A DNA stretch of 64,000 nucleotides from Candidatus Saccharimonadota bacterium. GTDB taxonomy: Bacteria > Patescibacteriota > Saccharimonadia > CAILAD01 > GCA-016700035. Below are positions 50,445 through 59,126 of the stretch, in pieces (position 1 is the stretch's first letter; the number at the start of each line of letters is the position of its first letter). The stretch spans positions 75,510-139,509 of the forward strand of contig JAXLZV010000001.1 of assembly GCA_046350755.1 (NCBI GenBank). The letters are read 5' to 3'. Both the position numbers and the translations under genes were made by a program. The notes under the pieces were generated by a model. It saw nothing but the letters and a program-made list of their open reading frames with translations, ran no database searches and was not told where the DNA came from.

Positions 50445-51350
50445 TTATTTTTTCTTTTCAACGGCTCGGAGTTTTGCGCTCCGGGCGCGTGGATTGTAAG
50501 CAATTTCTTCAGTTGCCGCCATAAGCGGCTTTTTGGTAACCAGAGTAAACAACGATTCCTGTAATGGTTGACCAGTAATAGTATCCCATACTGGTTGTGT
50601 TTTGTCACGCATAAAATGCTTCACGATACGATCTTCGAGGGAGTGAAAACTGATCACCGCTAGTCTCCCCCCTGGTGCTAGCTGATTGATAGCTTCTGGT
50701 AATACCGCCTCTAAAGCATCAAGTTCGCCATTAACGGCAATGCGTAAAGCCTGAAAGGTTTTAGTCGCGCCATCAATGCGTCCACTGGGAACTACTGAGC
50801 GTACGATCTCGGCCAGCTGTTGAGTCGTCATAATTGGCAGCTCAGTGCGGATGGCAACAATCTTGCGCGCGATCATCCGACTACGGCGCTCCTCACCATA
50901 GCGAAAGATAATATCTGCAAGCTGAGCCTCTTCGAGGGTATTCACCAGATCAGCGGCAGTGGTAGTCTGGCGATCGTCCATGCGCATATCTAGTGAAGCA
51001 TCCTCGCGAAAAGTGAAGCCCCGATCAACCTGATCAAGCTGCGCACTGCTGACACCGAGATCCAACAGGATCATATCGGCTTGGGGCATGCCGCGCCAAT
51101 CAATTTGAGCAAAGTTCTCGCGAACGATCTTGACATTGTCTTGACCGCTAAACCGCTCGTGAAGGGCGGCTATTGCCTGAGCATCGCGATCAAACAGCCA
51201 TGCTTGGCCGGCAAGTCCGATCAGCTTAATGACAGAATCAGCGTGACCACCAAATCCCGCCGTGAGGTCGAGATACTTCTCACCTCTAGCCGGATGTAAG
51301 ACGGACAAAACCTCATCGCCCAATACCGGAATGTGTTGTTTTTGAGTCAT
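50445..51350 (-). CDS. rsmH: 16S rRNA m4C1402 methyltransferase
   Basis: HIPVL, D.TAGFGGH, DLGVSS, LDMRMD, FQALRIAVN, SFHSLEDR, NPRARSAKLR. Confidence 0.96.
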   Translation of the reverse strand: MTQKQHIPVLGDEVLSVLHPARGEKYLDLTAGFGGHADSVIKLIGLAGQAWLFDRDAQAIAALHERFSGQDNVKIVRENFAQIDWRGMPQADMILLDLGVSSAQLDQVDRGFTFREDASLDMRMDDRQTTTAADLVNTLEEAQLADIIFRYGEERRSRMIARKIVAIRTELPIMTTQQLAEIVRSVVPSGRIDGATKTFQALRIAVNGELDALEAVLPEAINQLAPGGRLAVISFHSLEDRIVKHFMRDKTQPVWDTITGQPLQESLFTLVTKKPLMAATEEIAYNPRARSAKLRAVEKKK

Positions 51351-51680
51351 AACTCTATGTCAAGGTTACCTATTTAGCAGCCAACTGTCTATTTTTGGTT
51401 TTGGTTTTTGAAAGTTGTGAGGTGGTTAGATCTGCATGCAGATCTGATGTGGCAAGGACTAACATTGTAGTAATGATAAGTCCTTGAAATTGTATACGTA
51501 GGTATACAAGAGTTGAAAGTTTGTGAGGTGGAGTTTTGTTGAGAAAGGGACTCGCTTTAATTTTGATACGCTCAAGCGTCAACAAGCGCTGTTGACTGCC
51601 AAATAGCTAACCTGATTTTTGTGTGTATTTTTCTTTCAATGAACTGACTTGGGTGCTCGCGTGAGCAGTCTCAAGTCCCC

Positions 51681-52037
51681 TCAGCTGGTTTTTGCGCTTA
51701 GGCGAAAATATTTGCCAGCCCGGACCGCGACAACGTCGTGATCGATATGGGCATACGCCAGATGATGGGGCTCGAGCGTAACGCGTCCCTGCTTTGTATC
51801 AAGCATAGCGGTTACTTTGCCGGTCCGGAACTGAATGTTCAGATCGGCAGTTCGTTCATCGAGAATGCTACCAGTTAAGGCTGGTTCCATCTCGAGATCC
51901 CAAACTTGTTTTGGATAAAGGTGAAGGTACTGTCCAAAGCCGCGGGTGATGACTACTTCTGGCCCAAACTCCGCCTGTAATTCCTTCGGAATCGTCAGTC
52001 GGTTTTTTGCGTCGAGCTTTCTTTCAAAGTAATCCAT
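51681..52037 (-). CDS. mraZ: Transcriptional regulator MraZ (short form)
   Basis: LDAKNRLTIP and LDTKQGRV repeats; first gene of the dcw cluster. Confidence 0.85.
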   Translation of the reverse strand: MDYFERKLDAKNRLTIPKELQAEFGPEVVITRGFGQYLHLYPKQVWDLEMEPALTGSILDERTADLNIQFRTGKVTAMLDTKQGRVTLEPHHLAYAHIDHDVVAVRAGKYFRLSAKTS

Positions 52038-52071
52038 GGTGTAAGTCTTTCCTGTTTGCGGTAGTGTCTCA

Positions 52072-52122
52072 CCCACATTTACCCACTACCATCACTATAT
52101 GCCCCTTCCCTACCCACGTCAA
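52072..52122 (-). promoter_or_regulatory. mraZ promoter with MraZ boxes
   Basis: TTGACG (52122-52117), 17 nt, TATAGT (52099-52094); GTGGG repeats at 52072 and 52082 (10 nt apart) and near 52113. Confidence 0.7.
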
Positions 52123-52147
52123 CGCCCTATGCATAACTTTTTTGACC

Positions 52148-52156
52148 TTATCCACA
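52148..52156 (+). promoter_or_regulatory. Consensus DnaA box
   Basis: TTATCCACA. Confidence 0.5.
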
Positions 52157-52184
52157 AGAATCTGCCATACTAGCTATATTCACC

Positions 52185-52694
52185 ATGCCTCGACATAAAA
52201 AACGCCCCAAAATTGCCACAAGTTACCTCCACTCGAGTTTCTTCGGGATTGAAGATAGTCTGGTTTCAACAACTGGCTTAATTGCTGGTGTGTCGGTAGC
52301 GACCACGGACACGAGCTTCATTCTGCTGGCTGGTTGTGTAGCCGTGGCCGTCGAAGCCATCTCAATGGCCACTGGTGAGTTTCTGTCAGAAGAAACTGAC
52401 CAAGATTTCACCAAAAAGAAACTTCACAGCAGCCCGATCGTCGGAGGTTTGATTATGTTCGTGTCTTATGGCTTAGCTGGAATGGTGCCAATCATTCCGT
52501 TTGCAATTTTTCCACCCGAGTACGCCTTGATCGCCTCGATGACGGCAGCCTTAATCGGCCTGTTTGTACTAGGGCTCGTGAAAGGTAAACTCACCCATAA
52601 AAATATCTTCCGTAGCGGACTGCAAGTCTTAATCGTCGGTGGAATATCGGCAATGATTGGAGTTGCAGTTGGTGTGATCTTTAAAGGGGTTTAA
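52185..52694 (+). CDS. VIT1/CCC1 family Fe/Mn transporter
   Basis: FGIEDSLVST.GLIAGV, ISMATGEFLS. Confidence 0.88.
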   Translation: MPRHKKRPKIATSYLHSSFFGIEDSLVSTTGLIAGVSVATTDTSFILLAGCVAVAVEAISMATGEFLSEETDQDFTKKKLHSSPIVGGLIMFVSYGLAGMVPIIPFAIFPPEYALIASMTAALIGLFVLGLVKGKLTHKNIFRSGLQVLIVGGISAMIGVAVGVIFKGV

Positions 52695-52697
52695 TCT

Positions 52698-54065
52698 CTA
52701 AGCGCGATTGAGTCGGGCAGCGAGATATGCCTTCAGCTCTGCAATACTGATGCGAGCTTGCTCCATGGAGTCACGATCACGTACCGTCACGGCCTTATCT
52801 TCAAGTGAATCAAAATCAACCGTCACACAATACGGCGTTCCGATTTCATCCTGGCGGCGGTAGCGTCGTCCGATCGACTGTGTCTCATCGTATTCAACCC
52901 GCCAATCACCCGCTACCATACCGAACACTTCGTGTGCAAGCTTCGAAAGTGCTGGCTTCTTCGAGAGTGGCAAGATCGCAACCTTGATCGGGGCAATTTC
53001 TGGGGTAAACCGCAACACTACCCGCTTCTCACCCTTCACTTCCTCTTCGTCGTAAGCGTCACAAAGCACCGCCAAGGCGATGCGACCCAAGCCGAAGGTC
53101 GGCTCGATAACGTACGGCACTAGGTGTTTTTTGGTCTCCTCATCAAAATAGGTCAAGTCTTTGGTCGAAAACTTAGCGTGCTGCGTGAGATCATAGTCGG
53201 TGCGATTTGCGATGCCAGTAATTTCTTTTGTACCAAATGGAAATTCGAACTCTAGATCGATCGTCCGCTCTGAATAATGCGCCCGGCCGTCAACTGGATG
53301 CTCGTATTCATGGAGATGTTCTGGCTTCAGGCCAATCGATGCCAGCCAATCCTTTTGCGCCTTCAGGAAGTCATCAAAATGTTGAGCGGCTTCATCTGGC
53401 TTAGTGAAAAACTCCAACTCCATGATCTCCAACTCTCGCACGCGAAAAATAAATTCGCCAGGAGTCAGTTCATTCCGAAAGCTTTTACCAATCTGAGCGA
53501 TACCAAATGGCAGGCGTTGGCGGGTGGTTTCAAGTACATTCTTGAAATTCGTAAAGATCCCACCAGCAGTCTCGGGTCGCAGATACGTCGTTGCGGCTTC
53601 GCTCTCAACTGCTCCGACTTTGGTAGTAAACATCAGATTGAACATCTTCGGTTCGGTCAACTCGTTGCCGTCGGGGCTCTTCATATCCTTTAGGGCGGCT
53701 TTTAACTTCGTGAGATCAGTCGTGTCGATGCCAGCCAAATGATCAGCCCGGTAACGCTTCTTTGTAACCTTATCGTCAACCATCGGGTCAACAAATTCAT
53801 CGACGTGGCCACTGGCCTTCCAGAGAGTTGGGTTTTGAATGATCGCCGTGTCTAATCCAACCATATTGGGGCGCCGATTGACGAACTCTCGCCACCAGCT
53901 CGCTTTGATATTATTGACCAATTCGACACCAAGCGGGCCATAGTCCCAAAAACCTGCCAAGCCGCCATAAATCTCACTGGCCTGGAAGACGAAGCCGCGT
54001 CGCTTAGCAAAGGACGTGAGCGCCTCTAAGCTTACTCGTTGATCATCAGATTTTTGGTCACTCAT
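52698..54065 (-). CDS. glyS: Glycine-tRNA ligase, homodimeric type
   Basis: KRRGF, YLRPETA, GKSFRNE, VIEPTFGLGR, IGRRYRRQDEIGTP. Confidence 0.96.
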   Translation of the reverse strand: MSDQKSDDQRVSLEALTSFAKRRGFVFQASEIYGGLAGFWDYGPLGVELVNNIKASWWREFVNRRPNMVGLDTAIIQNPTLWKASGHVDEFVDPMVDDKVTKKRYRADHLAGIDTTDLTKLKAALKDMKSPDGNELTEPKMFNLMFTTKVGAVESEAATTYLRPETAGGIFTNFKNVLETTRQRLPFGIAQIGKSFRNELTPGEFIFRVRELEIMELEFFTKPDEAAQHFDDFLKAQKDWLASIGLKPEHLHEYEHPVDGRAHYSERTIDLEFEFPFGTKEITGIANRTDYDLTQHAKFSTKDLTYFDEETKKHLVPYVIEPTFGLGRIALAVLCDAYDEEEVKGEKRVVLRFTPEIAPIKVAILPLSKKPALSKLAHEVFGMVAGDWRVEYDETQSIGRRYRRQDEIGTPYCVTVDFDSLEDKAVTVRDRDSMEQARISIAELKAYLAARLNRA

Positions 54066-54094
54066 ATCTGGAAATTATACCAGATATACAAGGC

Positions 54095-54796
54095 TTACGC
54101 CAAGCTCCGGCTCTTCAGCGTTAAGCCTGTATGATAGCCCCAAAATTGCTCAATAATCGGGGTCAGCTCGCTGGCTGCCTGATCGGCCTGCTTGATGCTC
54201 AACCGCTGCCCAACTGGAGCTCGCAAAAGAAACCGCCAAAGCTTAAGAGCCTGACTGGTCAGCTGAGCTCCGGTGTGTCCAGCGTGAAAATTTCCCTCTC
54301 GAATGTCCAGGCCATAATCACGCTCTGTCTCCGGCAGCTGTGGCGTCAACCCTAGCACATCGAGACTATGGACCATGAGACTCAGCCACGCTAATCGCCG
54401 AGCTTCAACGCTTGACAGCGGATCCGCCAGCGTAGACAGTACCAGCCCGAGGTGTTCGTACCACATCTCATCGATTTGACCGTCGTCCATCGTCAAATCT
54501 GTCAGCTCAAGTACCGCCTGGGCTTCTACTAGCACATCATAATCCCCAGCCGGCTGTAGGCTACGCATAACCTGCGCACCAGTCACGATCGGCAATCCGC
54601 GTGTCTCCACACACTGCATACTTATCTCGGCGTACGGCTCAAGCTGACTAGTGAGCTTCGCGCCAGCTCGGCGTACCCCCCGTGCCGATGCCGTCAGCTT
54701 ACCTTGCTCGCGTGAATAAAATATCAAGAGCCGATCAGCCTCACCAAGATTGCGCCGCGCTAAAACATACCCCGTGAGGCGCAAATTCCGACTCAC
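54095..54796 (-). CDS. recO: DNA repair protein RecO
   Basis: GYVLARRNLGEADRLL..YSREQGKL...ARGVRR. Confidence 0.88.
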   Translation of the reverse strand: MSRNLRLTGYVLARRNLGEADRLLIFYSREQGKLTASARGVRRAGAKLTSQLEPYAEISMQCVETRGLPIVTGAQVMRSLQPAGDYDVLVEAQAVLELTDLTMDDGQIDEMWYEHLGLVLSTLADPLSSVEARRLAWLSLMVHSLDVLGLTPQLPETERDYGLDIREGNFHAGHTGAQLTSQALKLWRFLLRAPVGQRLSIKQADQAASELTPIIEQFWGYHTGLTLKSRSLA

Positions 54797-55194
54797 TTCA
54801 CGCTCACCACGCTGCGGACCGCCTCAACCAGCTGCGTGGGACGGATTTTTTGCTTGACGAGATAATGCTTGATACCCAATGACTCCCGCAAACTGGCGTA
54901 CAACCCAACATCCGCCGCCTCTAAAACGGTGACAATTAAAATAGGAGTTTCAGCCAATCGAGTATCGAGCCGGAGATCCTGGATGAGTCGCAAGCCATTG
55001 CGCCCCGGCAACAAGACCTCAGTTACAATCACTGCAAAGTCGAACTGACTGACAGCCTGCTTGGCTGAATCAGCATCACGTGCCAATGAGGGTCGAAAGC
55101 CAGCCCGCACCAAGGCAGCCTCATACACCGCGGCAAAGCTCGCATCTTCGTCTATGAGTAAAACCCGTGGCAAATGTATGTCTTGAGTCTTCAT
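54793..55194 (-). CDS. Atypical receiver-domain protein (acceptor Asp replaced by Glu)
   Basis: LLIDED, IVTEVLLPGRNG, YLVK. Confidence 0.8.
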   Translation of the reverse strand: MKTQDIHLPRVLLIDEDASFAAVYEAALVRAGFRPSLARDADSAKQAVSQFDFAVIVTEVLLPGRNGLRLIQDLRLDTRLAETPILIVTVLEAADVGLYASLRESLGIKHYLVKQKIRPTQLVEAVRSVVSVK

Positions 55195-55217
55195 CTCTCT
55201 CATTGTATCAGGTAGGT

Positions 55218-55868
55218 TTAATCACCAAACGGTAAGACAAGCTGTGAGGCGATTTGAAAACTCAGATGCAAACTATCTTTCGTAATATACAAACCGATTT
55301 GCTCGGTCGCCAACTCACGACTCAAGATCAGAGCCCGCACCGAAGCCTCAGATGTGTGCGTAACGGCGTAACGCAGTGCTGATTGGCGAGATAACGTATG
55401 CAGTAGCTCGTTCTCGGCTTGTATTGGTGAGAGACTCATTACCAGCCGCTGATCACGCTGTCGAAAACGTGCCTCTAGCTGTAATGGTGTCATTATGTCT
55501 AATATTTCTTGCACCAACCGCAACTGTTGAGAGGCATGGCCAAACACCTTTGGCAAGCGTCGCTGTCGCTTGATTTTGATAGTATAGCAATCTGCTAACC
55601 CCTCAAGTATTGATCGCATCGTGTGCGTCGCGCCCATGTACGGCTGCTCACTGTCACCTACATTTATAACCTCATGCAGGCGTCGAGCCAACTCGCTAAA
55701 ACTCACAAAATCGCGAGCCGTTTGTAAAACTAACTGTGCATCCTCAACCTCAATCGCGCCCTCCAGCGCGGCGAGGCGGCTGTGCATATGTGCGGAGACA
55801 TATCCCTGAATGACCCGCCAAGCTTGACGGTCCTCACCTTCCATACAGTCTAGCTTACGTGGGCGCAT
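55218..55868 (-). CDS. Hypothetical protein, possibly a degenerate histidine-kinase ATPase-like fold
   Basis: LPKVFG...LVQEILD resembles an N-box region; directly upstream of the receiver gene. Confidence 0.5.
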   Translation of the reverse strand: MRPRKLDCMEGEDRQAWRVIQGYVSAHMHSRLAALEGAIEVEDAQLVLQTARDFVSFSELARRLHEVINVGDSEQPYMGATHTMRSILEGLADCYTIKIKRQRRLPKVFGHASQQLRLVQEILDIMTPLQLEARFRQRDQRLVMSLSPIQAENELLHTLSRQSALRYAVTHTSEASVRALILSRELATEQIGLYITKDSLHLSFQIASQLVLPFGD

Positions 55869-55900
55869 GAGCTCAGAGCAAGCATGGACTGGAATGAATC

Positions 55901-56701
55901 TTACGGGATCCGCACCGAGCTCAATATTTTGTCGTAGGCACTGAGCAAAGTAGCATCTTCATTATTGTCGGTCTGTATCAGGATAGTTTTATCGAGATAT
56001 TCTACCAGCACGAGAGTACCCGGCGTCGAGCGACGGTCAAACTTACCAACATAGCGGACAGCATTGCGATCCGAGACCTTGATCTCTTCGCCCGCCTTTA
56101 AGCCGCTCCGAGCCTCTTTGGCTTCACGATCGTAGCCTTCACGCGTCTTACTATAAACTTGATTTTTTACCGTTACCCGCAAAGCGAGATTCTTAGCATT
56201 CACATCAACTTGGTCGGGATTAGCCAGTAAAAGCAGTGGCGTACTACCAGAGGTTGTAGTCGAGATACTATAGGTCTTCGGTATAGCCAGTGTGAACGCG
56301 CCAAGCGTATTGGGGGCCGTGTAGGTACGCGTATCCCCCTGACTGGCTATCAAGGCGTTATTCTGGTCGATCTTCTCTTGCTCGGCTTTCCCTGCCGCCA
56401 CCCCGCTATCGTATTTGGTAGCATTAACTCGTTCAGCATTTCCCCATAGGATGCCAAGGCCGATTGCAGCGAGCACACCGATCGCGGCGACACCAATTGA
56501 AATATACAGAAAGAGTTTAGTACGCTTATATTTTTCTTCAGTCGTTTTAAGATTTTGCTCAACCTGCTGCTGATTAGCAGCCGCAACACCAGCCCCAAAC
56601 CCCGGCGGTGGCGCAACAGTCGGCGCATTAGCCGACGGCTGACCACTGGCTGGGACTGGGTTAGATGGAGGTTTGGGCTGTTGGGGTGTAGTTGGAGGCA
56701 T
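55901..56701 (-). CDS. Membrane-anchored protein with Pro-rich N-terminus
   Basis: Pro/Gln-rich start, single TM, extracellular domain ending YDKILSSVRI. Confidence 0.7.
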   Translation of the reverse strand: MPPTTPQQPKPPSNPVPASGQPSANAPTVAPPPGFGAGVAAANQQQVEQNLKTTEEKYKRTKLFLYISIGVAAIGVLAAIGLGILWGNAERVNATKYDSGVAAGKAEQEKIDQNNALIASQGDTRTYTAPNTLGAFTLAIPKTYSISTTTSGSTPLLLLANPDQVDVNAKNLALRVTVKNQVYSKTREGYDREAKEARSGLKAGEEIKVSDRNAVRYVGKFDRRSTPGTLVLVEYLDKTILIQTDNNEDATLLSAYDKILSSVRIP

Positions 56702-56758
56702 GTTTGATAAGAGGCGCTTATGCTTGCCTCAATTTTACCCTATTTTGACGCGATAAAG

Positions 56759-57289
56759 CTATTTTTTCTCGACAAGCTTCTCACCAGGCTGCCAGTCGAT
56801 TGGGCAAAGGCCGCCGGTTTGCAAGGCCTTCACAACGCGTAGTGTCTCCGTCACTGATCGACCAACATTACCATCCGACACAACAAAGTATTTTATTTTT
56901 TGCTCAGGATCGATAATAAATAGTCCACGTTCAGCTTCGCCGGCTTCTTCGTTCAGTACCTCATACGCCTTAGACACTCGGTGGGCCGGGTCTTCGAGAA
57001 CTGGGTATTCAACATCCTGGAGATCGCGTTCGAACCACGCCTTGTGACTCTGGATCGTATCCGTCGAGGCCGCTAAGACCTCGCAGTTAGCAGCCTGAAA
57101 GTCTTGGTAGTGCTTTTGAAAGCCTTCGATTTCAGTTGGGCAAACAAAGGTGAAATCGCGTGGGTAAAAGAAAAGTACCAGCCACTTGCCAGCGTAATCT
57201 TTTAAGCTCACTTCACGATAATCATCCTTGATACCCTTTTGATAGGCGCTCCCCGCAAAATCTGGGGCCGGTTGGTTAAGTTGTAACAT
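56759..57289 (-). CDS. ahpC: 2-Cys peroxiredoxin
   Basis: FYPRDFTFVCPTE, GLCP; AAGGAG RBS. Confidence 0.93.
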   Translation of the reverse strand: MLQLNQPAPDFAGSAYQKGIKDDYREVSLKDYAGKWLVLFFYPRDFTFVCPTEIEGFQKHYQDFQAANCEVLAASTDTIQSHKAWFERDLQDVEYPVLEDPAHRVSKAYEVLNEEAGEAERGLFIIDPEQKIKYFVVSDGNVGRSVTETLRVVKALQTGGLCPIDWQPGEKLVEKK

Positions 57290-57320
57290 ACTATAAGTCT
57301 CCTTTTTTAAGTGATAGTTA

Positions 57321-57920
57321 TTAAGTGACCGCCGGAACCATCTGCGCGGTTCGCTGATTCACGGTTTTCCAATCGACTAGCTTCATAAAGGCGTCGATAT
57401 AGTCCTTGCGGGCGGTGGCATAATCTAGAAAATAGGCGTGCTCATAGACATCAAGCACTAAAAGTGGACTGGCATTCCATACACCACCCTGATTATGCAT
57501 ATCACAAATGTAGTTTTCGAGTCGGCCGTTATCATGATCCCAAGCTAGCACGACCCAGCCGCGAGCCGACAGTCCAAGGGCGGCAAAGTCAGCCACCCAG
57601 GCATCAACACTCCCCCACTCCGCCAAGATCAATTCCTTGATCCGACCGTCTGGTGACTGAGCGTCAGCCGATAGATTGCCAAAATAGGCTTCGTGCAACT
57701 TAATCGCATTGAGGGCAAAGACCTTCTCGAGATTCACTTCACGGATCTCGGCGTAGGTGCCGTTACCAGCTGGCTCGACCTTCTTGGCAAGACTGGCTAG
57801 CTCGTTATACTTCTTTACATAGCCATCATAGAGCTTATAGTGCTCGGCTAGCTGCTTAGCGGTTAATCCGGGTAATTCGGTATAACCGAGCGGTTTTGTA
57901 GTTACTTCAGACATCGTCAC
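57321..57920 (-). CDS. Fe/Mn superoxide dismutase family protein
   Basis: EHYKLYDGY, LHEAYF, DVYEHAY. Confidence 0.88.
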   Translation of the reverse strand: MTMSEVTTKPLGYTELPGLTAKQLAEHYKLYDGYVKKYNELASLAKKVEPAGNGTYAEIREVNLEKVFALNAIKLHEAYFGNLSADAQSPDGRIKELILAEWGSVDAWVADFAALGLSARGWVVLAWDHDNGRLENYICDMHNQGGVWNASPLLVLDVYEHAYFLDYATARKDYIDAFMKLVDWKTVNQRTAQMVPAVT

Positions 57921-57929
57921 TCCTTTCGG

Positions 57930-58439
57930 TTACGCTTCTATTGTATCGAATGCTCTGGCTTCATACAAAAAACTGTTACGCGTTGTTTTCGACGGTTTCA
58001 AGCCAGGTATGGTAAACATATATGAGATAATACGCGCTTTCGGATTGGCTTGACGAGTCAGCTGCGACCGCATCTTGGGCATATGATGATCGATCAGATA
58101 CAGATAGATTACATCAAATCTGTGCACATCCACCGTCCAAAAACTCCGCAAGTAGATACGGGCTCGCTTGCGATACGGTAAGAGTCGCAGATTAGCGATG
58201 AACCAGAGAATTGGGTTCACCTCGAATCCCGTCACATTCGCGCCACGCTTGGCGGCCACGAGTAACACTTTACCGTCTCCGCAACCAAGATCGACAAATT
58301 TTGTCCCCTTCCCAACCCGTGCCAGATCGAGCAGCTCATCGAGATCTTGACGAAAAGCTGGCACCCATGGGGCACCGAGAAAAGCTCCTAGACCAAAGCT
58401 TAGAACAATGAACGAAGCAATGATCCAGAACCAATTCAC
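57930..58439 (-). CDS. Membrane-anchored SAM-dependent methyltransferase
   Basis: GAPWVP, DLGCGDGK, GFEVNP. Confidence 0.85.
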   Translation of the reverse strand: MNWFWIIASFIVLSFGLGAFLGAPWVPAFRQDLDELLDLARVGKGTKFVDLGCGDGKVLLVAAKRGANVTGFEVNPILWFIANLRLLPYRKRARIYLRSFWTVDVHRFDVIYLYLIDHHMPKMRSQLTRQANPKARIISYMFTIPGLKPSKTTRNSFLYEARAFDTIEA

Positions 58440-58450
58440 CAGGCAGAGAC

Positions 58451-58873
58451 TTAGGCTACGCCGTGCTCGGCAGCTTCGGCTTCATCAGCTTCTGCCTTTG
58501 TCTTGTGCACGGTCCCGGGAGCGTGCTCGGCCGGGCTGTAAAGCGAGTAGACCTTCAGATCAGAGTCGCCAATATTAACAACATTATGCCAAGTACCAGC
58601 TGGGATTAATGCGGCCGTATCTGGCTGCAGCTCACCTGTCTCGCTCACCGAATCTTTGTCGGCACCGGTTAGCAACTTAGCTGCTCCGGCCTCCACTCGC
58701 AAGAATTGATCAACATCATGGTGAGCCTCAAGTCCGATTTCTCCTCCGACCGGGATCGACATCACTGTCAGCTGTGTGTGCTCACCCGTCCAGAGAGTGG
58801 TGCGAAAATTGGTATTATTTTTAGTCTCTTCCTCCATATTCAGAACGTAGACTTTCTTATCATTCTCAGTCAT
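58451..58873 (-). CDS. Cupin domain protein
   Basis: EIGLEAH..VDQF; IPAGTWHNV. Confidence 0.88.
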   Translation of the reverse strand: MTENDKKVYVLNMEEETKNNTNFRTTLWTGEHTQLTVMSIPVGGEIGLEAHHDVDQFLRVEAGAAKLLTGADKDSVSETGELQPDTAALIPAGTWHNVVNIGDSDLKVYSLYSPAEHAPGTVHKTKAEADEAEAAEHGVA

Positions 58874-58969
58874 AGCAAACTCCTTTCCTTTTCTTCATTA
58901 TACTCTGGTTAGCCTACCGATTACACCTGTAATCTGGTATAATCTCGAGTGCTTAGGCATTTTGCGTAG

Positions 58970-59046
58970 AGGGGTGTAGCTCAGCTGGCTAGAGCGTCGG
59001 TCTCCAAAACCGAAGGCCGCGGGTTCGATTCCTGCCACCCCTGCCA
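58970..59046 (+). tRNA. tRNA-Trp (CCA)
   Basis: Anticodon arm TCGGT-CTCCAAA-ACCGA; encoded CCA. Confidence 0.97.
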
Positions 59047-59048
59047 AA

Positions 59049-59082
59049 GAAAAACCCCCGAGATTCAAGCTTGGGGTTTTTC
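59049..59082 (+). terminator. Terminator after tRNA-Trp
   Basis: AAAAACCCC...GGGGTTTTT. Confidence 0.7.
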
Positions 59083-59126
59083 TATGCTCGCGCTAACCTG
59101 ACTATTACCGGTATACTATAAGCACT

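Noticed and set aside
51370-51585. 71-aa ORF between mraZ and rsmH
   Set aside because: TTG start, no RBS, and low-complexity A/C tracts explain it; not fully excluded
58970-59046. Alternative genetic code (TGA recoded)
   Set aside because: Many intact genes end in TGA and long ORFs translate cleanly with code 11
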